64,000 nucleotides of DNA from positions 1 through 64,000 of the forward strand of contig CAWBYW010000009.1 of the NCBI GenBank assembly GCA_963792965.1. Reading direction: 5' to 3'. This stretch comes from an uncultured delta proteobacterium. GTDB taxonomy: Bacteria > Desulfobacterota > Zymogenia > Zymogenales > Zymogenaceae. The notes beneath the pieces were generated by a model. The model did no database searches, was not told the DNA's origin, and saw only the letters and a program-made list of their open reading frames with translations. This document shows, piece after piece, positions 33,028 through 43,131 of the stretch (position 1 is the stretch's first letter; every line of letters begins with the position of its first letter). A program made the position numbers and the translations under genes.

Positions 33028-35682
33028 TTAGAAGCTTGTGCCCACAGAGAAGCTCCATTCCGACGAGCTTTCTCCCTTTTCGGGTTTGAGGTTATATCCC
33101 CATTCGACCCTGATCGGACCAAGCGGTGAGATCCACCTGATGCCGGCGCCGATGGAGTACCTCAAACCTCCGAAGTCCCAATCCTGGTTTTCACCCCACA
33201 CGTTTCCGGTGTCGAAGAATACCACGCCCTTCATCTTGATATCCTCAAAGAGCGGGAAGATGAGCTCAAGGTTTGCGATGATCTCCTTATTACCGCCGAG
33301 ATACTCTCCCGTAACCGGGTCCTTTGGCCCGACGCTGTCAGGCTTGAATCCACGGATCGTGTTAAGGCCGCCGGCAAAGAACCGGGCGTAGATCGGTATG
33401 TCTTCGCTCTGAAGGCTGTAGGCATAGCCGACGATAAGCCGCGGGTGAAATACCAGTTTCCAGACCACCGGGAAATACCAGCTCGATTCCAACACGCCCT
33501 TGACGTAGTACTCGTCGCCGCCGATGCCGGCATAGAAGACCGACAGCCTGTTCAGGCTCCCCCTGCTCGGATCGAAGGCGTTGTCCCGCGTGTCACGGAC
33601 CAGCATTGCCTCGATGCCGCTCGTAATGGTATGTCCCGGATTTTCAGTGACGTCCTCGGGCGCGTCGGTCTGGATATCGAACAGATTAACATCGTTGTAC
33701 ACATAGGTGACGTAAAGCTCGGTATCCGAGAAGACAGGATATCCGCCTCCGACTTCAAACCCGAGGGTCTCGGCGGAGTAGGTGTCAAATGAGCGCGTCA
33801 GGTCATAGGCCTTGAGCGACACGGTGAGGTTCGTATCAAGGAAATAGGGGTCTATGATGCCCACTTCGTAGTTCGTGGCGATACTGGAAAACTCGCCCAT
33901 GATGCTCACCCGGTAGCCCCTGCCGAAGAGGTTGTTCTCCTGCAGCCTGACCATGCCGGTAAGCTGGGCGATGCTCGAGTAGCCCAACCCCGCGGAGATA
34001 AGGCCGGTCGGTTTTTCCTTGACGTTGACGTTTACGATGACCTTGTCATCGGCGCTTCCCCGCTCCGTGGCGAAGTTGACCTCTTCAAAATATCCGAGGT
34101 TGTTTACCAGTTCCTTGCTCCGCTCGAGGTCGTCACCGTTGAAAAGGTCGCCTTCGGCGAACTTAAGCTCGCGCCTGATGACCTTATCAAGGGTCTTTAC
34201 GTTGCCGCTGATGTTGATCCGCTCGAAGTAGGTCTTCTTCCCCTTGGTGATGCCGTAATCGACATCAACGAGCAATTTTTCCTTGTCCAGGTTTGTCTTA
34301 GGCTGGACGTCCACGAGGGCGTATCCCTCGTTGTTATATTCCCGCGTGAGGTAATCGATATCGGCGATGAGGTTGGCCCTCGAGAAGGTGTCGCCGGACT
34401 TCAACGCGAGCTTCTTGGCAAACAACTCTTTGGCCCTGATAAGGTCGCCGGAAACGTCAACGCTGCCGACCCGGTATTGTTTCCCCTCATTGATCTTATA
34501 GGTAATAAAGATGTTGCTGCCCTTCATCTCGACGACGGGTGGCTCGACCACCGCTTCCAGATATCCATGGTCAAAGTAGACCGCCGTGACCCGCTCCACG
34601 TCGGTGTCCAGCTCTTCTTTCTTGAACTTACCCCGATCGCTGATCCACCAGAACCATCCCTTGTGTTTGTTGGCCAGTCCCTTCTCGATGGTTCGGTCGG
34701 AGAGCTCCTTATTTCCGATGAAGATGACCTTCTTGATCATCATCTTTTCGCCTTCGGATATATTGAACTCGACGGCCACCTCATCCTCGGTGAGCGGCAC
34801 AATCTTGTAATCAACCGTTGCGCCATGGTACTGTTTTTCGGCGTAGAGGTCTTTTACCTTTTCGAGGCTGTCTTTGACATCCTTGATGGAAAGGACCTTC
34901 GGAGGCTTGACCGTGATCACCTCGAAGAGGTCTTTTGAGGAAATGGCGTCATTCCCGTTGAGCCTGACCTCCCGCACGAGCGGTCGCTCCTTCACCGTGA
35001 AGACTACCTCGGTGCCTCCCTCCACCTTCTTCGTGGCGACCGTCACCGTCTCGAAGTATCCCATACTGGTGATCGATTTTACGTCTTCGGCGAGGAATTT
35101 CTCATAGGGAAGCGTACCCTCTCGGCTGACGATGTTGCCCAGCACCTCTTCCTCGGTGAGTCTTTTCAGGCCCACGATGGTGACTTTGACGATCTTGTCG
35201 GAGGCAAATATCTTCTCATTGACCTTCTTGGCCAGCTCGCCGACGCGGTCCAGGACCGTCGCGATACCGTATGTCTCGACATAGAACCTGTCGGCCTCCT
35301 TGTTTGAGCGTGGATCGACGAGTTTTGCGTCAAGACTGATTGTCTCGCCGACCTTCGTCATGCTCCCGAAGACGACGTAATCCGCTCCCAGCTTGCGCCC
35401 CACCTCGCGGGCATAATTCTCGTCGATCTCGGAGGGGAGCTTCGTCCCTACGACCGCCGTTATTTTGTCGATGTCGAGAGGTTCGATTCTTTCATGGTAA
35501 GCCAGCGCGGACAAGAGGACCTCCTGAATATCTCCCTCATACGGCGAGAGGTCCTCGGCGGAGTAGATGGCAAACGGGAGTACCGCCACTTTGATCTTTC
35601 GCTCCGCCGCGATACTCCAAGACGTGAAGAGGGCCATCAAAAAGGCGAGAGCCATAAAAATAATAAGGACTCTTTTCGACAT
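33028..35682 (-). CDS. bamA: Outer membrane protein assembly factor with an extra N-terminal domain
   Basis: POTRA repeats, TLDKVIRRE, GGLNTIRGF, GIRWISPLGPIR and terminal F. Confidence 0.95.
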   Translation of the reverse strand: MSKRVLIIFMALAFLMALFTSWSIAAERKIKVAVLPFAIYSAEDLSPYEGDIQEVLLSALAYHERIEPLDIDKITAVVGTKLPSEIDENYAREVGRKLGADYVVFGSMTKVGETISLDAKLVDPRSNKEADRFYVETYGIATVLDRVGELAKKVNEKIFASDKIVKVTIVGLKRLTEEEVLGNIVSREGTLPYEKFLAEDVKSITSMGYFETVTVATKKVEGGTEVVFTVKERPLVREVRLNGNDAISSKDLFEVITVKPPKVLSIKDVKDSLEKVKDLYAEKQYHGATVDYKIVPLTEDEVAVEFNISEGEKMMIKKVIFIGNKELSDRTIEKGLANKHKGWFWWISDRGKFKKEELDTDVERVTAVYFDHGYLEAVVEPPVVEMKGSNIFITYKINEGKQYRVGSVDVSGDLIRAKELFAKKLALKSGDTFSRANLIADIDYLTREYNNEGYALVDVQPKTNLDKEKLLVDVDYGITKGKKTYFERINISGNVKTLDKVIRRELKFAEGDLFNGDDLERSKELVNNLGYFEEVNFATERGSADDKVIVNVNVKEKPTGLISAGLGYSSIAQLTGMVRLQENNLFGRGYRVSIMGEFSSIATNYEVGIIDPYFLDTNLTVSLKAYDLTRSFDTYSAETLGFEVGGGYPVFSDTELYVTYVYNDVNLFDIQTDAPEDVTENPGHTITSGIEAMLVRDTRDNAFDPSRGSLNRLSVFYAGIGGDEYYVKGVLESSWYFPVVWKLVFHPRLIVGYAYSLQSEDIPIYARFFAGGLNTIRGFKPDSVGPKDPVTGEYLGGNKEIIANLELIFPLFEDIKMKGVVFFDTGNVWGENQDWDFGGLRYSIGAGIRWISPLGPIRVEWGYNLKPEKGESSSEWSFSVGTSF

Positions 35683-35753
35683 TACGTCCTCCAAAAATGA
35701 CTAGGAAAAGCGAAGAGATTATATCAAATAGACACCGGTTGTAAAGGAAAAAA

Positions 35754-36431
35754 TCAGCTTATCCCCGTTATCCGCCCGTCCTCGAGAATCAATGATCTCC
35801 CTTCTCTCTCGGCAAGCTTCAGGTTGTGAGTAACAATTATCAGGGTGATGTGCATCTCTTTATTGAGCTCCATCAAGAGCTCATGCACTTCCTCACCGGT
35901 CTTTGTGTCGAGATTTCCGGTCGGCTCATCGGCCAACACGAGGTCCGGGGTCAAGAGCGTGGCCCGCGCTACCGCCACACGCTGCTGCTCGCCGCCGGAG
36001 AGCTCCCCGGGCTTGTGGTCCACCCGGTCGGCAAGCCCCAGCCGTCCGAGGATCTTGACGGCCTGCGCCCGCGCGGCCGACGTCGGAAAGCGCCCGACAA
36101 GTGCCGGCATCATGACGTTTTCCAGCGCCGTAAACTCAGGCAGCAGGTGGTGGAACTGGAAGACGAAGCCGATCCGCTTGTTGCGGAACGCGGCCAGATC
36201 CCGGTCTCCCATCGAAAAGACGTCGACCCCGTCGTGGATCACTGTGCCGGACGTGGGGCGGTCCAGGGCCCCGAGGATATGCAGGAGGGTCGATTTGCCC
36301 GCCCCCGACGCGCCGAGGATGTTGATCACCTCGCCCCGCTCGATCGTCAGGTTCATCCCCTTGAGGACTTCCACCTTCTTGCCGTCGGCAAAAAAGGTTT
36401 TGTACAGATCTTGAACGTGAATAAGTGCCAT
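35754..36431 (-). CDS. lolD: Lipoprotein-releasing ABC transporter ATPase
   Basis: [27 protein letters not shown] and DEPTGNLD. Confidence 0.93.
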   Translation of the reverse strand: MALIHVQDLYKTFFADGKKVEVLKGMNLTIERGEVINILGASGAGKSTLLHILGALDRPTSGTVIHDGVDVFSMGDRDLAAFRNKRIGFVFQFHHLLPEFTALENVMMPALVGRFPTSAARAQAVKILGRLGLADRVDHKPGELSGGEQQRVAVARATLLTPDLVLADEPTGNLDTKTGEEVHELLMELNKEMHITLIIVTHNLKLAEREGRSLILEDGRITGIS

Positions 36432-36434
36432 CGG

Positions 36435-37655
36435 TTATATCATCCCGCTTTCAATCTTCCGGTTTTTGAACTGCATGATCGTGGATATGGTATTTTCTAC
36501 CCTCATCTGGATATAGTGAGCAAGGCGCTCTTCGATCTCGGGATAGCGCCTCATCTGTTGTTGGACGGCTGGCTTCGGAATCTGCGCCAGATCGGTATCG
36601 GAGAGAGCCGTTACCGTCGCCGTTCGGGGCTTGCCCGTGATCACGGAGACCTCACCGAAAAAATCCCCGGACCTCAGCCGCGCAAGCGTTACCACCGCCC
36701 CTTCTTTTTGAGTGGTGACCCCCACCTCCCCCGAGATGATCACGTACATCCTGTCTCCCTCTTCCCCCTCCCGCACGATCCGCTCTCCCGTTTTGTGGGT
36801 CGAGAAAACCACGGCCGACATCAGCTGCGCTCTCCCCTCGGGCGGCAGCGCGGAGAAGAGAGGCGAAACGGCAAGGAGGGTGTCCAGGACGCGCTCCTTA
36901 TAGAACTTTCGAAGGACCTCATTGACCCGGGGATGTTTTTTCACGATCGACCCGACGTCCTTCTTCCCGATCTCAAGCAGGGTGCAGTCCGTCAGGGCTT
37001 TCACGGACGCCGACCGCTTCTCGCCCGAGAAGTAGCCGAACTCGCCGAAAAAACTCCCCTCGTCGAGGTTCGTAATCCAGACCTCGTTTTGATCCGCGTC
37101 GCTCTTGAAGATCGATACGCGCCCCGAGACGATGATATAGATCGAGTTGCCGACGTCCCCCTCGCGGATAATCATCCCGCCGGCCGCAACCGATAGCGGG
37201 ATCAGCTTTTCGGTCACCGCCGTAAACTCGTCCTGGGTCAAGTCGGAAAAGAGCGGGGGCCTCGGAAAGTCCGCCCTCGTCTTTTTCGTCTCCCCCCGTT
37301 TGATGCCGGGAAGCACGTCTTGCCTGTTCTTCTGCTCAGAGAGAAGCAAGAGCCGTATTTCGCCGTCAGGGAAGTCCGGTTTGATTTTGAGGATCAGCCG
37401 GTGGACGGCGATCGCCTTGATGAGGAACCCCTCTTTTGCGTAGAGGCCGACGAGCCGATCGTAGACGCGGCATGCCTCGTCGTTTTTCCCGAGCTTCGCG
37501 TAGGCGTCCCCCGCCCTCATGAGGGCGTGGAGATCGTCCGGCGACTCTTTCAGGATCTCCATGAAGTTCCTGAGGGCCCGCTCCCAGTTCCCCTTGCCGA
37601 TCTCGAGTGCGCCTTTTTCCTTGAGCCGCGCTATCTTTTCTTTTATATCTTCCAC
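36435..37655 (-). CDS. TPR plus tandem cyclic-nucleotide-binding domain protein
   Basis: Helical TPR-like N-terminus; two cNMP cassettes FFGEF...KRSASV and FFGEV...PRTATV. Confidence 0.88.
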   Translation of the reverse strand: MEDIKEKIARLKEKGALEIGKGNWERALRNFMEILKESPDDLHALMRAGDAYAKLGKNDEACRVYDRLVGLYAKEGFLIKAIAVHRLILKIKPDFPDGEIRLLLLSEQKNRQDVLPGIKRGETKKTRADFPRPPLFSDLTQDEFTAVTEKLIPLSVAAGGMIIREGDVGNSIYIIVSGRVSIFKSDADQNEVWITNLDEGSFFGEFGYFSGEKRSASVKALTDCTLLEIGKKDVGSIVKKHPRVNEVLRKFYKERVLDTLLAVSPLFSALPPEGRAQLMSAVVFSTHKTGERIVREGEEGDRMYVIISGEVGVTTQKEGAVVTLARLRSGDFFGEVSVITGKPRTATVTALSDTDLAQIPKPAVQQQMRRYPEIEERLAHYIQMRVENTISTIMQFKNRKIESGMI

Positions 37656-37668
37656 TGCTGACTGTCTG

Positions 37669-38898
37669 CTATTCGTATCTGAGGGCCTCCACCGGATCCA
37701 TCCGGGAAGCCTGCCACGAAGGATAAATCGTTGCCAAAAGACAGAGCATGAGAGAACAGATGACGATGATCACGATGTCGGAGGTGACCATCTTCACCGG
37801 GAGCGTCGAGATGTAGTAGACGTCCGGGTTCAGCTTGATGAAGTGATAGCGGCCGAGGATCTGGCACATGCCCCAGCCGAAGGCTGACCCGAGCGCCGTC
37901 CCAAACGCCCCGATGATCGTCCCCTCGAAGATGAAGATTCTCATGATGCTCCGCTTCGTGGCCCCCATCGCCTTGAGGATGGCGATGTCCCTGCTCTTCT
38001 CCATGACCAGCATGATGAGTGCCGAGGCGATGTTGAACGCCGCCACGAAGACGATCATCACCAGGATAATGAACATCGCAACTTTTTCCAGCGCAAGCGC
38101 CGCGAAGAGGTTCTTGTTCATGTCCATCCAGTCCATCGTATAGAACGGCATGGAGAGCTCGCCCTGGATGGTCTTGCCCACCTCCTTGGCCTTGTAGATG
38201 TCTTTGAGCCTCACCTCGACGCCGGTGACGGTATCACCCATGTCCAGGAAGGCCTGGGCGCTCGGGATGGAGATGTAGGCAAACGCGGAGTCATAGTCGT
38301 ACATCCCCGCCTCGAAGATGCCGACCACCACGAATCGCTTCATCTTCGGCGTCATGCCCAGCGGCGTTATCTCGCCGCCCGTGGGCGAGAGCATCACGAG
38401 GTAATCGCCGTAGGTTACCCGGAGGAGCTTTGCCAGCTCCCTGCCGAGGATGATCCCCGGCACCCCGTCTTTGCCGGTGGAGAGCTCATCGAGGCTCCCG
38501 ATCTTGAGATTCTTCTTGAGGTCTATGACGCCGCCAGCCGTTTTCGGATCGATCCCCCTGAGCACCGCCCCCGATATCCCGCCGTCCTCGGACGACAGCA
38601 TGATCTGGGTCTGGATATAGGGGGTCGCCGCCACGACGTCCGTGACCTTCGTGATGGTGTCGATCACGGAGCTATAGTCCTGGATGTTCCCCTCGTTATT
38701 CAGCACGACCAGGTGAGAGTAGGCGCCGAGGATCTTGGTCTGGAGGTCCTCCTTGAAGCCCGCCATCACCGAGATGACGATGATGAGCGCCGCCACCCCG
38801 AGGGCGACCCCGCCGATGGAGATGAAGGTGATGAGCGAGATGAAGGACTGTTTCCTCTTCGCCTTCAGGTAGCGCCTGCTGATGAGGAGCTCGTACAT
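37669..38898 (-). CDS. lolE: Lipoprotein-releasing ABC permease LolC/E, copy 1
   Basis: RYLKAKRKQSFISLIT, WMDMNKNLF, IAILKAMGA and DPVEALRYE. Confidence 0.9.
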   Translation of the reverse strand: MYELLISRRYLKAKRKQSFISLITFISIGGVALGVAALIIVISVMAGFKEDLQTKILGAYSHLVVLNNEGNIQDYSSVIDTITKVTDVVAATPYIQTQIMLSSEDGGISGAVLRGIDPKTAGGVIDLKKNLKIGSLDELSTGKDGVPGIILGRELAKLLRVTYGDYLVMLSPTGGEITPLGMTPKMKRFVVVGIFEAGMYDYDSAFAYISIPSAQAFLDMGDTVTGVEVRLKDIYKAKEVGKTIQGELSMPFYTMDWMDMNKNLFAALALEKVAMFIILVMIVFVAAFNIASALIMLVMEKSRDIAILKAMGATKRSIMRIFIFEGTIIGAFGTALGSAFGWGMCQILGRYHFIKLNPDVYYISTLPVKMVTSDIVIIVICSLMLCLLATIYPSWQASRMDPVEALRYE

Positions 38899-38906
38899 GG
38901 CCTCGC

Positions 38907-40415
38907 CTATTCCTTTTCGCGCATCTGGGGGAAGAGGATCACGTCCCGTATCGAGGCCGAGTCCGTGAAGATCATCACCATCCTGTCTATGCCGATGCCC
39001 TCGCCCGCCGCGGGGGGCAACCCGTACTCGAGGGCGCGGATGTAGTCTTTGTCATACTCCCGGATCCCTTCCCCGAAGTCGACCGACTCGATCTGGTGCA
39101 GGAACCGCCGCTCCTGGTCGTCCGGGTCGTTGAGCTCCGAAAATCCGTTGGCGACCTCCATCGCCGCGATGTAGAGCTCGAAGCGGTCGGTGAACCCGGG
39201 CTTCTCGTCCGAGGGCCGCGAGAGGGGCGAGACCTCGACGGGGTAGCTCGTGACGAAAACGGGGCCCGTGAGCTTATCCTCCGCGGTCTTCTCGAAAAGC
39301 TCGAGCAGCAGCTTTCCCCATCCCCACGCCGGCTCCGCCTCGGCGCCGAGTTTTTTGAGCCGGTCGCGCATGAGCGACTCGTCCGTGATCGTCTTTTCGT
39401 CGATACCGCCGTATTTCACGACGGCCTCGGCCATCTCGATCCTCTCCCAGGGCGGGGTCAGGTCGAGCTCCGTGCCCTGGTAGGTGATCGATGTTTTACC
39501 GGTGACCTTTGCGGCGACGGAGGCAAACAGCTCCTCGGTGAGATCCATCAGGTCGTGGTAGGTGTGGTAGGTCTCGTAGAATTCGAGCATCGTGAACTCG
39601 GGGTTGTGGTGCGTGGAGATGCCCTCGTTCCTGAAGTTCTTGTTGATCTCAAATACCCGGTCCATCCCGCCCACGAGGAGCCGCTTGAGGTAGAGCTCCG
39701 GCGCGATGCGCAGGAACAGCTCCATGTCCAGCGTGTTGTGATGCGTGACGAAGGGCCGCGCCGCCGCCCCGCCGACGATCTGGTGGAGCATCGGCGTATC
39801 GACCTCGACGAACTCGTGTCCGATGAAAAAGGCGCGGACCTCGGATATCAGGCGGCTCCGCGTCAGGAAGACCTCTTTGACGCGGGGGTTCACCAAGAGG
39901 TCCACGTACCGCCTGCGGTAGCGCGTCTCCACGTCGACGAGGCCGTGCCATTTTTCCGGCAGCGGACGGAGTCCCTTGGTGAGGAGGCGCGACGAGGTGA
40001 CGTTGATGGTCAGCTCGCCCGTCTTGGTCCGAAAGGGGGTGCCAACGATGCCGATGATGTCGCCGATGTCGTAGTGCCGGGTTTCATCGTAATCCCGGCC
40101 CAGCGCCGCGGCCTGGAAGAAGATCTGGATCTGCCCCGTGCCGTCAAGTAAGTGGGCAAATGCCGACTTGCCGAAGTCCCGCTTGGAGACGAGCCGCCCG
40201 GCGACGGCAAGGGCATCGGTGTTGCCCTCGAGGCCCTCGCGCGTGGCGTCCTTGTATTTTTCGGCGATCTCACGGGAGGTGTGGGTGGGGCGGAAGTCGT
40301 TGGGGTAGGGGTTCTTGCCCGCCGCCGCAATCGCGTCGCGCTTTTCCCTCCGGATTCGAATCAATTCCTGTTCGGGCGCCTGGGTCCCTTCCCGCTCCGC
40401 CACCGTTTCCTCCAT
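38907..40415 (-). CDS. lysS: Lysyl-tRNA synthetase, class II
   Basis: [39 protein letters not shown] and GIGIDRM. Confidence 0.98.
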   Translation of the reverse strand: MEETVAEREGTQAPEQELIRIRREKRDAIAAAGKNPYPNDFRPTHTSREIAEKYKDATREGLEGNTDALAVAGRLVSKRDFGKSAFAHLLDGTGQIQIFFQAAALGRDYDETRHYDIGDIIGIVGTPFRTKTGELTINVTSSRLLTKGLRPLPEKWHGLVDVETRYRRRYVDLLVNPRVKEVFLTRSRLISEVRAFFIGHEFVEVDTPMLHQIVGGAAARPFVTHHNTLDMELFLRIAPELYLKRLLVGGMDRVFEINKNFRNEGISTHHNPEFTMLEFYETYHTYHDLMDLTEELFASVAAKVTGKTSITYQGTELDLTPPWERIEMAEAVVKYGGIDEKTITDESLMRDRLKKLGAEAEPAWGWGKLLLELFEKTAEDKLTGPVFVTSYPVEVSPLSRPSDEKPGFTDRFELYIAAMEVANGFSELNDPDDQERRFLHQIESVDFGEGIREYDKDYIRALEYGLPPAAGEGIGIDRMVMIFTDSASIRDVILFPQMREKE

Positions 40416-40430
40416 TCGTATAAATGAGTT

Positions 40431-40459
40431 ACTTTACCCTATCGATGGCTGTTAGTCAA
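40431..40459 (-). promoter_or_regulatory. Sigma70-like promoter of lysS
   Basis: TTGACT-17 bp-TAAAGT just upstream of the lysS ATG. Confidence 0.55.
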
Positions 40460-40547
40460 GGGGAAAGGGAGCGCCGAGGAGTGCCGACCGGGCCTGCTAA
40501 GGGTCCCCCTGACGGACAAAGGCAGGGGAGTTTATTGTGCGGACACC

Positions 40548-40575
40548 TTGACATTTACAGTCATTGTGATATCGT
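40548..40575 (+). promoter_or_regulatory. Candidate promoter of khpA
   Basis: TTGACA-16 bp-TATCGT with TG extension. Confidence 0.4.
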
Positions 40576-40745
40576 ATAGAGGCTTACCTTACAATGTACC
40601 ATAATGATAATCCAGATTGAATTGGGCTACCGAGCGAGACCGGAGAGATAAGGCATACTTCTACCCTGTGCACGTAGGTCTTAAACTACACGAGAGGGGC
40701 GGAAATGACGAAAGGGGTAATTCAGGTGAAGATGGGGGTTGAAAA

Positions 40746-40976
40746 ATGAAGGAATTGATTAAGCTGATGGCTCAGGCTCTGGTTGACAATCCTGATAAGG
40801 TTGAGGTGAACGAAGTCGTAGGAGAACAGACGTCGGTCATCGAGCTCAGAGTTGCGAAGGAAGACCTGGGAAAGGTAATAGGCAAACAGGGGCGAACGGC
40901 GTACGCGATGAGGACGATCCTTTCGGCCGCATCGATGAAATTCAACAAGCGCGCGGTGTTGGAAATTCTCGAGTAG
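40746..40976 (+). CDS. khpA: KH-domain RNA-binding protein, KhpA family; copy outside the rpsP-rimM operon
   Basis: MKELI...ALVDNPD...[20 protein letters not shown]...R; GKQG is the GxxG loop. Confidence 0.93.
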   Translation: MKELIKLMAQALVDNPDKVEVNEVVGEQTSVIELRVAKEDLGKVIGKQGRTAYAMRTILSAASMKFNKRAVLEILE

Positions 40977-41021
40977 TATGTCCGGGGAGGGGCGGCCTTT
41001 CATATTAATAGAGGTGTCCAA

Positions 41022-41273
41022 ATGGACGAGAAAGCAAAGAAACTGCTGGGACTTTGGTTAGAAACTAGTAATCCTGATCAGCCCTATGCTCACTCCGATG
41101 ACCTTGAAAGATTCTGTATTTTCGTAAAATACGCCTCACAATTCAAACCCCATGATGTTTTACAGGAAGCTGTAAAAGCATTAGAAGAAAAATATGGGGA
41201 TCGTCGAAGAGAGCTCTTCCATGAAGCCGAGAAATACATATATTTCTATGACACCATAAAGAAGATTGGGTAG
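41022..41273 (+). CDS. Hypothetical 83-aa protein, copy 1
   Basis: SD GAGGTG; 82/83 aa identical to 42119-42370 with mainly synonymous changes. Confidence 0.85.
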   Translation: MDEKAKKLLGLWLETSNPDQPYAHSDDLERFCIFVKYASQFKPHDVLQEAVKALEEKYGDRRRELFHEAEKYIYFYDTIKKIG

Positions 41274-41314
41274 TTGGAACGATATTGTGGACCTGAGGCG
41301 CCCAAATAACAGAT

Positions 41315-41398
41315 ATGCGTTGCGCGATATACGCCTGATATGGCACCGAGCTTAAAGACGACAAGTCTATCGAGGACCAAATCCGGGAGTGTCGGGAT
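41315..41398 (+). pseudogene. Serine recombinase N-terminal stub 1
   Basis: Translates MRCAIYA*YGTELKDDKSIEDQIRECRD; matches the serine recombinase N-terminal pattern AIYARYSS-x-x-Q-x-x-x-SIEDQ. Confidence 0.85.
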
Positions 41399-41449
41399 TC
41401 AAGAACACTCCGGGGAGGGCGGTCTTTTTTATTTACACAATCCTAAGAA

Positions 41450-41728
41450 ATGGTGATTAGTATGAAGCCCGGGGAATTTAAGCTGGAAATAGACCAATCT
41501 GAAAAGGATAAATTGTATAGATATGAAGATGGAGAATATATCTATTCTATATTTCCTTCAGACGCACGTGTATATTACGGTCAAAGAGGTACTCACCCAG
41601 CGATATCATTTAAGGGAGGACTTGACACTCAAAAAATAAGTGATCTTCAGTTTGAAGTAATACAGGGGACAAAATATAGACTGACGATTTCTCCTGATGA
41701 GAAGGAGGTAAAGGTCGAAAGTCTTTAG
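41450..41728 (+). CDS. Hypothetical AT-rich cargo protein
   Basis: 92-aa ORF with AT-rich codon usage; no motif recognised. Confidence 0.6.
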   Translation: MVISMKPGEFKLEIDQSEKDKLYRYEDGEYIYSIFPSDARVYYGQRGTHPAISFKGGLDTQKISDLQFEVIQGTKYRLTISPDEKEVKVESL

Positions 41729-41858
41729 AGCCATCTCCATCTATGACTGGCTTAAGTCCTTATGACTTTTCTTAACAAAGGCGCTGTCTTAGAATGGGGC
41801 AATCTGTCTAGAAATCTATCGTGAAAGTAGGTGATGAAACGAACAAAGCAGATTCACC

Positions 41859-41919
41859 CTACTCCCCCCCGCATCCGTCCTTATGCCCGAAGTCCTCGGT
41901 CTGGTCCGTCCAGCCGATC
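41859..41919 (-). repeat. Displaced 3' end of the SH3-like gene, short copy
   Basis: Encodes IGWTDQTEDFGHKDGCGGE*, versus IGWTDETGNFGHMDGCGE* at the end of 48034-48822. Confidence 0.9.
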
Positions 41920-41929
41920 CTCCCCGCGG

Positions 41930-42074
41930 CGTCCTCATCGAGCTCAGGGTTGCGAAGGAAAATATCGGAGTGGTAATAGGTAAACAGGGACGAACGGCGT
42001 ATGCGATGAGGACGATCCTTCCGGCCGCATCGATGAAATTCAACAAACGCGCGGTGCTGGAGATTATCGAGTAG
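41930..42074 (+). pseudogene. khpA: 5'-truncated khpA copy
   Basis: [45 protein letters not shown]; lacks about the first 30 codons. Confidence 0.88.
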
Positions 42075-42118
42075 GATGTCCGGAGAGGACGGCCTTTCAT
42101 ATTGATAGAGGTGTCCGA

Positions 42119-42370
42119 ATGGACGAGAAAGCAAAGAAACTGCTGGGACTTTGGTTGGAAACCAGTAATCCTGATCAGCCCTATGCTCACACTGATGACC
42201 TTGAAAGATTCTGTATTTTCGTAAAATACGCCTCACAATTCAAACCCCATGATGTTTTACAGGAAGCTGTAAAAGCATTAGAAGAAAAATATGGGGACCG
42301 ACGAAGAGAGCTCTTCCATGAAGCCGAGAAATACATATACTTCTATGACACCATAAAGAAGATTGGGTAG
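42119..42370 (+). CDS. Hypothetical 83-aa protein, copy 2
   Basis: 7 nt differences from copy 1 over 252 nt (manual count). Confidence 0.85.
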   Translation: MDEKAKKLLGLWLETSNPDQPYAHTDDLERFCIFVKYASQFKPHDVLQEAVKALEEKYGDRRRELFHEAEKYIYFYDTIKKIG

Positions 42371-42407
42371 TTAGGACAATACGACCTAAGGCGCTTAGAT
42401 AGCAGAT

Positions 42408-42495
42408 ATGGGTTGCGCGATGTGCGCAATTATCTGGTCCCAAGCTCCAGGATGATAAGTCCGTGGAGGACCAGATTCGCGAGTGCCTGGACTAA
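42408..42495 (+). pseudogene. Serine recombinase N-terminal stub 2
   Basis: MGCAMCA, frameshift, then KLQDDKSVEDQIRECLD*. Confidence 0.8.
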
Positions 42496-42544
42496 TGAGT
42501 ACCACGGGGAGGGCAGTTCTCAACTCATGGGGGGGTTCTAAGTA

Positions 42545-43131
42545 TTGATATTATTTCTGGATACCACGGCTATTTTCTCAGTAAAAAAGATGGAACCCAA
42601 TGGTAGTTTAGTTTGTGAACTTGTAGATCTCTGTAAGGAGAATGAAATCAAAGTATTCTGTAGTTATGCATCGAGTAACGAAAGGCAACCGTGTAGCACG
42701 AAATATAAAGACTATATGGCTGAGACTTCCAAATTATTTAGGGAATTGCTTATTAGTTTGAAATTGGATTATATAGAACCTAAAGAAGTACCATTATTTA
42801 TCCTTGGTGAATCCCGTTTGGGCGAGGCTTGTCTTAGTAGCAAAAAAATAGTTGAATTCGCAAATTCTGCTGCCAAGATAATGTTTGGTATTGACTATGA
42901 AAGTCTTAACTCGCAGTCAATAAATGGATGGAAAAATAGACGAGATGTCGAAATTTTTCTTACTTTTGTCTGTAGCGGTGACGGTATCTTGGTGACTTCT
43001 GACGGGCATTTCCTAAGAAAGAGGGATTTCTTGATAGTGGCGGCAAGAGAAAAATAAGATCAAAGATCGATATTTTAGACCCCGAAAGTGCCCTAAACGT
43101 ATTGAAAGAAATGGTAAGATTGGGAACCTAA
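42545..43131 (+). CDS. PIN-domain-like protein, apparent frameshift in an A-run near 43050
   Basis: FLDTT at the N-terminus, RRDVEIF and ILVTSDGHFL; continues in another frame as ...IDILDPESALNVLKEMVRLGT*. Confidence 0.7.

Noticed and set aside
41883-42074. 63-aa ORF as a novel KH protein
   Set aside because: Its N-terminus is the antisense of the SH3 fragment joined by chance to truncated khpA; there is no SD.
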